Source: Chlorokybus atmophyticus
Lineage: Eukaryota; Plantae; Mesostigma and Chlorokybus algae
NCBI GenBank assembly: GCA_009103225.1
Contig: RHPI01001168.1
Span: 249,337 to 313,336 of the forward strand
Direction of reading: 5' to 3'
Length of the DNA: 64,000 bases
This document shows, piece by piece, positions 1-12,326 of the stretch. Position 1 is the first letter of the stretch, and each line of letters starts with the position of its first letter. The position numbers and the translations under genes were made by a program. Under the pieces are notes generated by a model. The model was not told the origin of the DNA, did no database searches, and worked only from the letters and a program-made list of their open reading frames with translations.

Positions 1-257
1 CAGCTTTGTCCACTGTGCAGCAGCTACACTGTATCAGCCCTTTTTGCTTTGGGCATGCTCTTCGCTTCTTTTCGAGCATGTATATGTATAGTGTATGCAG
101 CATGTGTGTACGCAGAGTAGTTGAGATTGTACCGGTATGCACGATATGTATGTATGCATGATATATGCATGATACGTATGTATGCTAGCACGTGTGTCAC
201 GCACGCACGCAATGACAATAAGCAAGCTAGAGAGCGCGAGACACACGTGTCAGCAAG

Positions 258-260
<3 letters not shown>

Positions 261-347
<87 letters not shown>

Positions 348-348
348 N

Positions 349-409
<61 letters not shown>
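261..409. repeat. (AG)n microsatellite, about 74 units
   Basis: Uninterrupted AG run with one N at 348; it explains the spurious ER/LS ORFs. Confidence 0.98.
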
Positions 410-412
<3 letters not shown>

Positions 413-931
413 ACAAATAGTAGCTTAGACTATAGTTGTGTAATCACAATCATGCTATTTGCATGCTTATAGCAATATCGTCAACACGACTATACACAAC
501 ACACAGTGCGCTTGTCAAGTACCAATGCTATTTTGTATTGCTATATTGTATATAACATCATATACAAGCACGTCGCATACTATATGTTAGCGTGTGCGTT
601 GGCCTTGCAATTGTTTAGCTCACGCTTGCCCGTGCCTTCGTTTGCCTGCTTGTGTCTTGTACTCAGTCTCAATCCCATACCCTATGTATGCATTTGCATA
701 AGCATTATCTTGTAATTGTATGTACCTTCGACAACATGCAGCACATGCATCCGCAAGTAAAAGCGACGCATGCTGCAAGTTGGAAGCTTCCACGTGGCAG
801 GCACTGCCGTATGCCTCGCTGCAATATCCCACTGACAAAACGGAGCTGGGCGGCGGCGGCGGCGGCAGGGGTAGAAGGCGAGGCGGCGGGAGAGAGGCAG
901 TGGGGAGGTGTGTGAGGTGTGAAAGGCGCTC

Positions 932-2342
932 ATGGCGCACTGGGAAGGGGCGGGGCGGCCAGTTGTAGTGTACCTGCCGGCGGCGCCGCCGACGCCGCCC
1001 GGCGAGTGGAGCACAGGGCTGTGCGACTGTTGCGCCGACGGCCCCTTCTCTTGCTGGCAAGCTATCACTTTGTGTTCTCCTTGTAAATGCACCTGGATGT
1101 TTTGCACTTAGTCTTTCCAAGCATGGTTTGTGGCGTTTAACTTGCGAGTCTACTCGTTGGCCCACCCTGTGTCTGGCGCTTCGATTGCGTGCAGCAACTT
1201 CTGTAACCTCCATGACATAGTTGTCGAGTCATGTCTCCTGTCTCATCGTTAAGACTCACGAACTATGTTCAGAGCACTCCTTTTTACAGGATGTTTTCGT
1301 GTATTTCGCAGCCTGCTATTTGGTTAACACTGCCGACGCTGCCAAGGAGTGCATGCAAGAACGTCGATTGCAGTTTGGGTGACTGCACAGCTGGCATGAG
1401 CACATGCGAGAGCAGATTCATATCAAGTTGTCCGTTCGATACACGTAGTGTCCTCAACTTGTTTGAAACAGAGTTGCCAGTGCTAAGCAGATTCCCCTTT
1501 TTGCTGTAGCTGTCAAGTCACACGTCCAGTAGTGGTACTGTTACATACATTTGACTGTTTGATATGTTAGGGTTTCGCTGCTGTGCCCGTGCATAACAGT
1601 GGGGCGAAACGCCTCACGCGTGGACGACACTGATTGCTGCGTTGCCTCCTGCCTGTGGTGTGCCCTCTGCGCTGCCGGCTGGTCGCTCGGCCTCTTTCCT
1701 ATTGGCTTAGGCTGGTGCTACAGGTGAGTGGATTGAAACAGCATGTCTGCATGATGTGGCCACCTCACCTGACCCTTGCACATGCACATGTGTAGCTCAT
1801 TATCGGATCTGGCGTAGAGCACTGCAAGGGCTATGCAAGGCTTTGTTGCTTGCATCCATGATGCTGTGCATGCTGCATTTCGTTGCAGCATGAATGGCGT
1901 GTTGTCGTTCGGTGGCGATGCTGAAGTAGTGTGGGTTTCGTGTGGTGTGCGCAGTGCTGGTCATCGTTCGCGGCTGAGAGCAAAGTACAACCTGCCGGAG
2001 ACACCGTGCGGAGACTGCTGCGTGCACTTCTTGTGTCTGCCTTGCGCGTTGTGTCAGGAGAACAGGGAGCTGAAGTACCGCAGGAGCCATCATCATCATT
2101 CCAATCATCACTCATACGGGTCTCTGCTCGCGCATACGCCCCCGAGCGTGCAGACCATGCCAAGGCGACAGCAACATGACCGGCATGCTGACGAACACAA
2201 CCATCACCATCATCATCAGGAACAGCAACATGATGTTGAAAGGCCGCTGCTGCCCCCACCACCGCCATACTACCCGCCTTCGGCACCCCCTTTGCCACCC
2301 GAGTACACGCCAAAGGACCCCAACAAGCGCACTTACGAGTAG
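932..2342 (+). CDS. PLAC8 (PCR/CNR-like) cysteine-rich protein with a His-rich, Pro-rich C-terminal tail; 3 exons
   Basis: Exons 932-1056, 1571-1723 and 1955-2342 join in frame (666 nt): MAHWEG...[18 protein letters not shown]|[14 protein letters not shown]...GWCYS|[40 protein letters not shown]. These are PLAC8 motifs. Intron 1 has a GC donor. Confidence 0.88.
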
Positions 2343-2964
2343 CACAGCTGTAAGACGTTCTGGGCTTGTGCCCTGGCCTCCCCTGCAGTAAAGTAGGGGG
2401 GGACGAAGGTAGTGGTGGCCGTTGCGTACTGATAGTGGAAGTCTCTGCCGCGCATATCACTTGACAGCTTGTACAGCTTGTAGAGCAGATGTGTTTGCTA
2501 CACACATCAAGTACTGTACATACATGCCGCCCCAGCAAAAGCTGGGAAGGATGTGTTCATGGCAATTGCTTGTCTTGGTTGTGACTGACTCGGCTAGCTT
2601 GTGCATAACTGTGTTCTGGGCATTGGCTGCATGGCGTCTGCTAGAGGACATCATGACGGTTCAGCGCTGCATGGGTAGGTAGCACACTGTGTGGTGCTTA
2701 TGTGTGGCCAATTTGCAGCCGTAGCTCGGTGGTGAACCCATTAAACGACTTGTGTTACATGGGCATTGCGAACTTTGATGCTTAGCCGCGCAACCACACG
2801 AGTGACCACAAGTGAAGCCATCTACACTAAGTTAGATTGTTGACTGGCGGTGGTGTGCTGGTAGCCTTGTCAGCCACGATGCTGGCTTTGCACCGCCTTT
2901 CAAGGACGCCGCTGCAAACGCACGATGCAATCTGTCTGTTGGGTATGCTACATAGGCTACCTAG

Positions 2965-3785
2965 TGGCCAGCACAAGAAGAAACGTTGGTTTTGGCCGAG
3001 CTTGAAAAGGTAGACAGAAGGCTTGCCGCTGGAGAGTTGGCATTGCAGCTAAGCTTCCTGAACCCATCATGCACAAGTTAGCTAGACACCAACTCCCCCA
3101 GGGGCAGGCCTAAAGTAGCAGTCTGCAAGTACTCAATGACCGACTGTGCATTGACGTGACAGCACCGCTGTCAGGGCTCGCACCATTCACCGCCGGCACC
3201 AGGTGGCTAGCAGTGGCTATCTGCATGGCGGTATGGCGGGGGTGGGGGCGGCTGGAGGTTGGGCGTTGAGAGGTGGGGGCCGGGCGTTGAGGTGTGGGGT
3301 GAGGGAGGAAGGAGTGTCGCCAAGTGTGGGTCAACGCAAGTTCCAGGGGCTGCGTCATGCACGTAGAGGGCGCAGCATTGTGTCCTGTCCTCGTCGCAGG
3401 ACGGCGCTGGCCACCTGAGGGATTGGCAGGGCGCCGTTGTGGATGTGGCCGGCAAGAGTACCGTGTCTTTGGGGCTATGGCTGCTTGGTGAAGCCTTTAC
3501 CAAAGGCATGGCTACCTTGGCTATCACCTCGAGAAAGGACTGGCCAACTTCGGCATCGGCTATGGCATGACAATCAAGGACGCTCCCAACGAGTAAGCTG
3601 CGTACTTTGCCCTTCGTCATACACCTATCCCTGTTTTCTCTCTCTTTTGTTCTGTGGTTAAGCTTGTGTTTAGCTTACCACTTGTTGAACTTATCTGAAT
3701 ACTCCGTTGTTCGGCAGATAGCGACGCTTAGCCTTACACGGACATCATCGTCGGCCGTACTGCTGATGACATATTCTGCGCTGGT
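2965..3785 (+). pseudogene. Degenerate exon-like fragments of an unidentified gene
   Basis: Short AG/GT-bounded segments read QEETLVLAELEK, LQVLNDRLCIDVTAPLSGLAPF, GAVVDVAGKSTVSLGLWLLGEAF / HGYLGYHLEKGLANFGIGYGMTIKDAPN (frameshift between these) and PYTDIIVGRTADDIFCA. No family recognised. Confidence 0.25.
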
Positions 3786-4130
3786 GAGCGCAAGGGGAGG
3801 GGAGAGGGGGGAGCAGAGAGGGGGTAGTAAGTTCTAGTGATGTGGATATACGTGGTTGTTGACTCCATGCAACAGTACAGCTTGCGCATGCATCATTTTC
3901 TGATGAACACAAGCATGGCGCCACAGTAAGCACTGATTGTACTTGTTAATCAAACTGAGTGCTTAGCGCATCTTGCAATCCGACGTGGCTGCATGCTAAT
4001 CCCCCCAAGTCTGCAGTGCAGCTGAAGTCTATGATCAATCACATGCACTGCAACACATACCATACTACTACCCTTACTGCAATTCTACAGAAAGACAGGG
4101 GAGCACTCTCCCACACAGGCTCAGTTAGTC

Positions 4131-5688
4131 ATGCGTAGGGGTGGCATTCGGTGGCTGAGGACAGGACGGCCTCCCACTTCAGGGATGCCGGCAAAGGCGT
4201 GCGTCAGCGTGTGGGCGTGCCTGGCGCTCGCCGCTGCCCCCTTCGCCTTGCTCCTCGCCTCGTAAGGACTTCTCAAACATTCCGCAGGTAACACCGCCAG
4301 CTGCCCTCACTGCTAGCTAACAAACCGTTTCAAACAGATTGAGCCTGATCTCTGGTCTAATGCTGCCACAACACAGACATGCATGCGTGGCAGGAGTGGG
4401 ACTCTTCTCTGTTTGCAAACAGCATTCTGTGCAATCACTTGCGAAGAATCAAAGTGACTCCACTAACGACCCAGCAGCCAGCTAGCAAGATGTATACCAA
4501 TGAGATGTCAGCAACCGCACGCCTTGCCTCCACCAGCGTAAGTTGTTGTGTTGTTGTTGCCGTCATGATCCGCAAGGTTGTTGTAGTCGTGGTGGTGGTC
4601 GTCGTCGTTGTCATTGTGTCTGCGTTACACGAACTTGAGCGAACGGATATGACAACGACAACGACAACACCAACAACATGATGTATACCCGCAATGTGTG
4701 CTGCACAGCAACAGCGGGGCCCACAATGACCTCCCCCTTGAATTGGCATGAAGAAAGTACAAAAGGTGCGTCACTGCATCTCAAGAAGTCACCTCTCATG
4801 TCAATCTCAGATCCCTACAGCAGGCTGCTGTAGGAAGCCCTACCAAACTGCAGAGTTGTTGACGTGTGCATGTCACCTGGCATGTACTGCAGGACTACAG
4901 GAGACTGGCGCGTGTGCTATCCGAATCTCGTGTGCACGCATGAGACCTGCACGCCGTGATGTGTGCGCTTGAGCGCTTTGGCCCAAAGGACCCCGACACG
5001 CTTACAGTAGAGCTGTGAGACGTCATGTGGACTGGCTTTGGTCTGCACTACTCGCCCAACCTCTGCGCATATGAAACGGCTCTGTGGGAAGAGCTCCCAT
5101 ACTACAATAGGAGCAGGGCGAAGGTATGTGCGACATGCAAGGTATGCAAGGTATGTGTCACACAGCGCGCATGCATGCAGGCACGCACTTGAACGCACTT
5201 CATCATGTGCACATACCTGCACACACATCCTTGCACCTACACATGCGCTCGCACACACACGAACACATTCATGCGCTTACACACATGGACACGGCGATTG
5301 TGCTAGTGAGGGAGTGTGAGCGCAGCACTTCCCGTAACGGGTTGCTATGAGGCGGCATTGCATGGGGCTGAGAGCGGCACGCACAGGGGCGAGTGTGAGC
5401 AGCTGACCACCGACTCATATGCCAGCAATGCCAATGCACGCATAATGCGCTGGCATGGGGTCGTTTGCTCCTTCCACTCCAACATGTACATCGTGCCTTT
5501 TCTACAACCTCAAGGCCCTGCTGCACAACCTCCACATGGGCGGGCTGACCCCGCCATGCCCAACAAGGAGAGAGACATGCGACAGCACGCACCGCTGCTA
5601 CACACCCCTCATGTGGGACGTCCACTTCACGGACATCGAAAACGTGCTTATACACTCTGGTGCACTGCTGGCAACACAACAGCGATAG
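4131..5688 (+). pseudogene. Degenerate TBL/PC-esterase-like (SGNH-type O-acetyltransferase) gene
   Basis: N-terminal signal anchor (MRRGG...ACVSVWACLALAAAPFALLLAS|gtaag), a GDS-like segment (WDSSLFANSILC), DVMWTGFGLHY, a frameshifted RE..QHFP and C-terminal CDSTHRCYTPLMWD resembling DCxHWC..P..W. Several frameshifts and stops. Confidence 0.4.
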
Positions 5689-6893
5689 CGCCACTACTTT
5701 GGATTCAAGGTCAATGTTGTGAGTGGTAGTTGATGGGGTAGAGCTACCATTTCATAACAGTGTTGCGGTGCACTTATTAAACTTGCAATAGGCCAATGCC
5801 CGAAAACAGTGTAGTTAAAGAGTCAGTTACACGCAGCATTGCGCACATGTGTAGGTACTGCGAACAACTTGCTTTGTGCGGATGTGGCAAATCAACATCA
5901 CAGGCTTTGCACTTGCTGCACGCGCGCACAGAACGATGTAGCTTGCAGGACAGTAGCTATGAGCGCGAGGGAGAGAGTTATGGGTCACCCATAACTCTCT
6001 CCTCAGTGAGTGTGTGCGCTGTCACCCTGAAACCGCACACAGAAGAGCAAGGCACAAGCTGTTGTGCGCTTACCACACGCAGTACGCTGTGACGTATGCC
6101 TCCCAGTGAAAGTCCCCACCAAAAGTGAACATTACCTCAACACAGGTGTCTAGCTTCCTGCACTTGATCATCCCAGTGCAGGAAGCTTGCACACATATCC
6201 GTCACATCCTCACGCGCATCCCTCAATCCTTACTTCTCATCCTTCTTTGCCACCGCAGTGCCTCTGTACAAAAGAGATAGCTGTCAAGGGAGTGCTGCAC
6301 AACCTGAATCGACTGCTGCTCCCTGACTTGCATACGCCGCTTGCTGCTGGCATTCTGACCCGCGTAGCGCCGGCGGCGGTGCTCCTGTGTTGGACGCCTG
6401 TCACAACGGCTATAATCCGAGCGCTGCTGCTGCTACTTGCGCTGCATGCAAGGGCACGCAGTTTTTTGCCTTGGAGCAGCAGCAGGAGCTAGTGGTTGAG
6501 GCGGCGGAACCAGCGTGAAGGTGGTCCAGAAGAGGGCGATGACCATGGTGAAGCGCATGCACCAGCCCGGTGCCAGTAGTTCTGAAGCTCCTGTTCTCCC
6601 CATCTACGTCTCTCCCTCACTTTCACCTGACTGCCTGGTACTTTCTTCTCGTATTGCAATCAGACTGGGCTTTTGATAAGCCGCAACAGGCTAGTGCTGG
6701 TTTCTGGTCACCGTCCTTGCTTCATGTGAACCAATGGTCAGCGCCGCGAGCCCCGTCCCTTACAAGTTCTCATACGACTGAACCCATTTGGCTGCGGGAA
6801 GACCACCTGGGAAAACTGATGTTGATCGCTGAGCTGCTGCCATTGCCAGGCGATATCGCTCAAGGCTTCTGACAGCAACCAATGCGTGTTGGG

Positions 6894-7047
6894 CTCGTAC
6901 TGCAACGTAGTTGAACAAACTGCAATAACCAGGTCAGCAGATTGACGTGGTTTGCATATACCAATACCAGGTACTGTACCCGAAGTACATGCTCGCGACA
7001 CGCGTGAGGTGGTTATTGCAGTTTGTTCAACTACGTTGCAGTACGAG
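6894..7047. repeat. Perfect 38-bp inverted repeat (fold-back) with a 78-nt spacer
   Basis: 6894-6931 ctcgtactgcaacgtagttgaacaaactgcaataacca is the exact reverse complement of 7010-7047. Confidence 0.95.
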
Positions 7048-7169
7048 ATGTTGAGGACATACTCGTAGCAGGGTTGAGTCGTTCAACGAGCGCACTAAGC
7101 GATTTGTCTTGATTATGTGGACAATTCGTCCTTGATTGAGAAGAGCTGGCTAGAGTTGTCACATGTCAC

Positions 7170-8330
7170 CCCCACACCCACACCCACAGAGTTGTGCTCT
7201 GTGCTTGTATGTCCGCGTGCTGGTGTCCACAGCGAAGGAGCAAGCGGAGTTGCGGCGGAAGCAGCAATGGGAGATAAACTGGCGGTTCAACATCGGCTGC
7301 TGCGGCCTCATTGTATTCTACGACATTGCCACATGCGCGCAGGTGCATTGTGGCTGCGCGTGTGTGTGGATGCGTGCGCTGTGGCAAAACTGCGTTTGTG
7401 GTTGGAATGATTTGACTGTCAGTGTGCGTTTGTTTGCTACAAACCGTAAGGCGAGGCACTTTGACGCTTCAATTACCTCAGCGGAGGTGCAGTTGTGCGC
7501 CAAACCAACACAGACACCTTTGGAGACAGCATGACATTTCTTATGCGAGAGGAGTATTGTTGTTTTGCTGCCTGGTGAGAGTGTTCGTGGTGATGAAATC
7601 CCCAACACACATGTTGGGAGGAGTATGAGTATCCTTGCGACATGCTTGACAACGCCTTTTCGCCCGCATGTGTACGTGCCTTCCATGCAGAGCTTGCAGA
7701 TACCCTTCGGTGGAAGTGAGTGTAGTGTTGTCAGGGCAATGCCTTGCGTGTTGAATCGCGTAGTGAATGTGGGCTTGCGTTGCGCAGCTGCATGCGTGAA
7801 CGATTGGTTTGATAGCTTCTCCTCATCGACCTGCAAGTTAACTGACCATATGGCACTGTTCTTCCACGGGCGCGGGCGAAAAACATAACCGCGCGATGTG
7901 CGACGCATCATCATCATACACTATGATTCATAGTGTACCAAGCGGGGGGTGCAAGGCCCTGTGGCTTTTCATGCTGCAGGTGTGTGTATGTGCACGTGTG
8001 CATGTGTGCACGCATGCATGCTTGTGCAATTTTGCATGTGCGCACGTTTTTCTATGCGTGCTTGTTTCTGTACAAACACTCCAATGCGTCTGCGTGCATG
8101 CGTACGTACGCATGCGCATGAGAACACAACTCACAAGTCAGTTGGGTAGTGTTTGGCGGTTTTTCGTTGATGTTCATCTCAGCAGAGTGCAGACATTAAC
8201 GGTTGCCCAAGTCCGCTCTTTGACGAGGAGGTGCCTGACACTCACGACGTGCACATGGCATTGAGAGTGTTGCCTGATGTTGGTGTCGGCAACTGGGCTG
8301 CGACTGTGGACACGATGACACACCACACTT
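7170..8330 (+). pseudogene. Pseudogene copy of the 10.3-12.3 kb dioxygenase-like gene
   Basis: Exon-by-exon similarity to 10741-11850 (LRRKQQWEINWRFN, NRKARHFDAS, YVPSMQSLQIP, LFFHGRG, SPLFDEEVPDTHDV). Lost splice acceptor near 7440, frameshifts near 7470 and 7620-7670, and a stop at ~7886. Confidence 0.8.
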
Positions 8331-10028
8331 AAGGTTTGTGTGTACGCAGAGTAGTTGAGTGTGTGCGTGGAAGCATTGTGCTTGTGTCTGCTATCAGTGG
8401 ACTACTTAGTTCCAAATTACATCACGGTAGCAGCACGAAATCGTATCAGCACATGACTGACTACTTTGTGTGCGTGCGTGCGTGCGTGTCTGTGTCAAGG
8501 TGAGGGGTTGTGAGTACATAAACGTGCGCATGTCTAACGACTCGCGTAAAGCCAGCCAGCAGGCGCTGCCCAGGCTCGGGCATTGCCCCTTGCACAGCGC
8601 CCTTTATGGCCCGAGCTGCTGCTCACCTCTTGGCGGTGTTGTTGCTGGAAGTAGCGTACGCAAAAGACATTGGTTACTATGGCCAACCTTGCCTGAGGTT
8701 GTTGCCATGATGACCAATGCCTTTTTGCAAGGCTCCTGTCTACAACAACAATGGCATGGAGTTTACAAGGCTGCTGCGGGAGGCGGTGCCCAAGCCTGGG
8801 CGTCGCCTGCCGGATGACCTTGCGGCGTCACACGTGACAAGGACCGTCGCACTGCCTCTTTCCCTGCCATGGAAGGGACAGCTTGCTGTTGGGTGGTGTT
8901 GGAGGCGTTGTGCTGCTGATCATCACCGTTAATGGTAAATGATAGCTATCGGCAAACCCACATGAACACGCCACCGTCGCCGTCTCTCACTGAATGCGCG
9001 CCGCTGTAGGCAGGGCGGTGTGGATTGATTTGTCACTGTGGGCTATTGTGGCTACGGACTGTGGGCCACATCAGTGAGTTGGTCAAAACTACCCATCGTA
9101 GCGCCGCAATCAACTTGATTTCGTGCGAATGGACGCTGCTTGTATATATAACGTGCTTTTGACGGTTTCAATGGTAGTGTTGTGAACTTCATGTCTTTCC
9201 TCTACTGCAATGGATTTGCAATATACTTTTATCTCAAAACGATCAATGAAGGGGCCCTTTACAACATCATCTACAGCAAATGTGCAGTATAGAAGTATTG
9301 TATTCGTGACATTATTACCAAACATGTGTCATTGTCGCTTACATAGTTTATCATTTTTTCAGTGCACTTATCAGTATGTTGCTATTACATCAATGTGCAA
9401 AACCACAAAAATATACAAATAAGTAACCTAAGTCAAGCTGTACTATGCGAAGTATTATAATATATTAAATTTGCGTTGATTTGAAGATGCATATGCTTTG
9501 AATAGCACATCTTGCATGTACTAACACATGCAAGCTGTTGTATAAGGGGTTGTTGTGTATGCCAGTGCATGTACTAATGCCAATGAAATGTAAATGCAGC
9601 TCAACGAACATGTTACGACAAGTGACTGCTGTTTATTGTGCTAATGCAATTTGTTCATGCTAATAGAAAACCCTATGGCGGCATAGGGTCGGTGGGGGGC
9701 TAAAGGTGTAGCGGCACAGTCAGCATCATCAGCATCAGCATTTTCACGTGTTACCTACAATCGTCACCAGCTGCCGCTGCTGCATTACTCACCTTCCCTC
9801 TCCTTCCCTTTGCTGCAGGTTGGGGCACACAAGCTACTACCGTTGCATCTGACCCTCGCATGCTGTTGCTGCGTTCTGTATTGCACTTGGCTAACCCCCT
9901 TAATCAGCGCCGTAATTTTTGTTGTGGTATATGGAATAGATGGGTGGGAGTTGTGTCGTTGCTATGTTGTGCGTGCTCAGTGCTGGAGTGTATCTAAGTT
10001 TGTTCATGACTTGTGCGTATGGTATGTG

Positions 10029-10032
<4 letters not shown>

Positions 10033-10075
<43 letters not shown>
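10033..10075. repeat. (TC)n microsatellite
   Basis: About 21 TC units. Confidence 0.95.
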
Positions 10076-10078
<3 letters not shown>

Positions 10079-10289
10079 GGCACTGCGTGCGGGTGTGACA
10101 CGTATGCAGGCATACGCATGATGCAAACCGGTGCAATCTGTTTCCTATATACATTACCTATGGTAATATACCTTTAAGGAATAACATGCAAGCTGTATAT
10201 TGGTACATTGTACATGGCCTTTTTACACTCATGATTGACTTGAGAGCCACGTCACGCGCAGAGTCAGCTGCTGACGGCAAGTTCTTCGG

Positions 10290-12326
10290 TTGGCCGTGAC
10301 CGCCAACAACTCCTACGTCGTCATCAAACCCAGGTTCCACGCTACAATTAACTGCCCTTGCAACCACGGGCGGTTAAGCACACGAACAGGCCAGGCCACT
10401 GAGGCCAGGCCAGGCCAGGCCAGGCCAAAGTGCCATCATTCGCTGCCACGGCGTCAGCGGCGGCGCCTGCCGGTTCTGTCTCCTTCTCAACGCCAATGGC
10501 AAGCACAATGCTTGCAAGGTGAGCCAAGGTGTAGCAGGCTTGTCTCTCAGCTATTGAGACAAGGAATGCATGGCAATGTCATGGTAAGTGGCGGTTTGAG
10601 GACCAGCGCCAAACGTTCACAGCAGGGCCGGTAAACTTGCCATGGAGGCACGCATTGCTCAACACTAACAATGTTCCTGACGACACATGCATTGGCTGTG
10701 TGCATCCCACTGCACCCACACCCGCACCCACACACCCGCAGAGCTGTGCTTCGTGCTTACGTGTTTACGTGCAAAGCAGCGAGGAGCGTGCTGGCGTGCT
10801 GGCGTCCACAGCGGAGGAGGATCGAGCACAGTTGCGGCGGAAGCAGCATTGGGAGATGTACTGGCGGTTCAACAACGGCCGCTACGATGGCTTCAATGTT
10901 TGTTACGTCATTGCCACAGGCGCGCAGGTGATGTGTGGCTGCGTGTAGTGTGTTAACAGAATGACACTGACAGCCAGTGTGCGTTAGTTTTCCAAGAACC
11001 GTAAGGTGAGGCACTTTGACGCTTCGGACTATGTCAGTGGAGGCAAAGTTGTGCGCCAAACCAACACAGACACCTTGGCTGACGGCACAGTCAAAACTAT
11101 GTAAGAGGGGTGTTGTTGTTTTGCTGCTTGCTGATAGTGATGGTTTGTGGTGTTGTGGTGCTGACTCCCACACACACAACAGGTCTTGGGAGTACGAGTA
11201 TCCCCGCGACATGCTCGACAACGGCTTTTGCCCGCGTGTATACGTGCCTTCCATGCGGAGCTTGCAGATACCCTCCGGTGGAAGTGAGTGAGTAGCGAGG
11301 GCAATGTCGTGCATGTGGGCGCTTGTAGCAAATGTGGTGTTGTTGTGTTGAGCAGCTGCATGCGTGAATGAGTGGTTCAATAGCTATTCCTCAACCACCT
11401 CCAAGTACACCGACACTATGGAACTGTTCTTCCACGGGGGCGGGCTGAAGACCCAACAGCGCGATGGCGTGCGCCCCAGCATAATCATAGTCTACCAAAG
11501 AGAGGGGCGCAAGGCCATGTGGCTTCTCATGCTGCAGGTGTGTGTGCGCGTGTGCGCATGCGCGCGCGTGCAGTTTTGCATGCATGCATGTGTGCAATCA
11601 CTTGGATAAGTGCGTGTGCGTGTGCGCGCGTGTGTGTGTATGTATGAGAACACAAGTCATAACTTGGGGGATGGTCTCCTGTTGATGTTCTGATGTTCTT
11701 CTCTGCAGAGAGAAGACACCAATGGTTGGCCCAGTCCCCTCTTTGAGGAGGAGGTGCCTGACACTAACGACGTCCACACGCCGTCACGAGCATTGCCTGA
11801 TGTCAGTGTCGGCAACTGGGCTGCGACTGTAGAAACAATGACAGCATCGCTTGAGGTGTGTGTGTGTGCGGAAGCACTATGCTTGTGTTTGCTTACAATG
11901 GACTATCAAGTTGCAACTCAACATGCTTGCAACAGTACCTGGACCCTGTGAAAACAACCCAACCCCTCGCGTTCAACTCCCACGTGCTGGACCCGCGGCT
12001 TCTGTCATCAGACTCGCACGCAAACATTCACTGCACTGTGCTTCATGCTCCCGACGGGTTCAGGTGCAATGTGTGTTTGTGCATCACAACACCGCACTAG
12101 CACTAGGCAGCAGCATAACACCGTACTAGTACATGACTAAGTATACTATGTGTGCGTGGCGCTCAGCGTGTTTGTCCCCGAGGAGGTGCCGCCAGAGCCT
12201 GTTGCGGCTGCTGCCACTGCAACGTGGGTGCTGCCGGGTGGGAACGAGGTGCAGAAGATCACAGTTATGTACTCGGAGACTGGCCAGCTGGCAGCATTCT
12301 CCAAAGCGGTTTACTACCGGGTTTAG
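10290..12326 (+). CDS. Uncharacterised multi-exon protein: Cys-rich N-terminal part plus a putative Fe(II)/2-oxoglutarate dioxygenase domain; start uncertain
   Basis: Phase-consistent exons give ...NCPCNHGR|AIIRCHGVSGGACRFCLLLNANGKHNACK|SCASCLRVY...CYVIATGAQ|NRKVRHFDASDY...|SWEYEYPRD...CPRVYVPSMRSLQIPSGG|TACVNEWF...ELFFHGGGLKTQQRDGVRPSIIIVYQR...|...AFSKAVYYRV* (stop 12324-12326). An HxD...H...R arrangement is present. Confidence 0.6.

Noticed and set aside
24-472. ORFs with poly-ER or poly-LS translations
   Set aside because: Translations of the (AG)n microsatellite.
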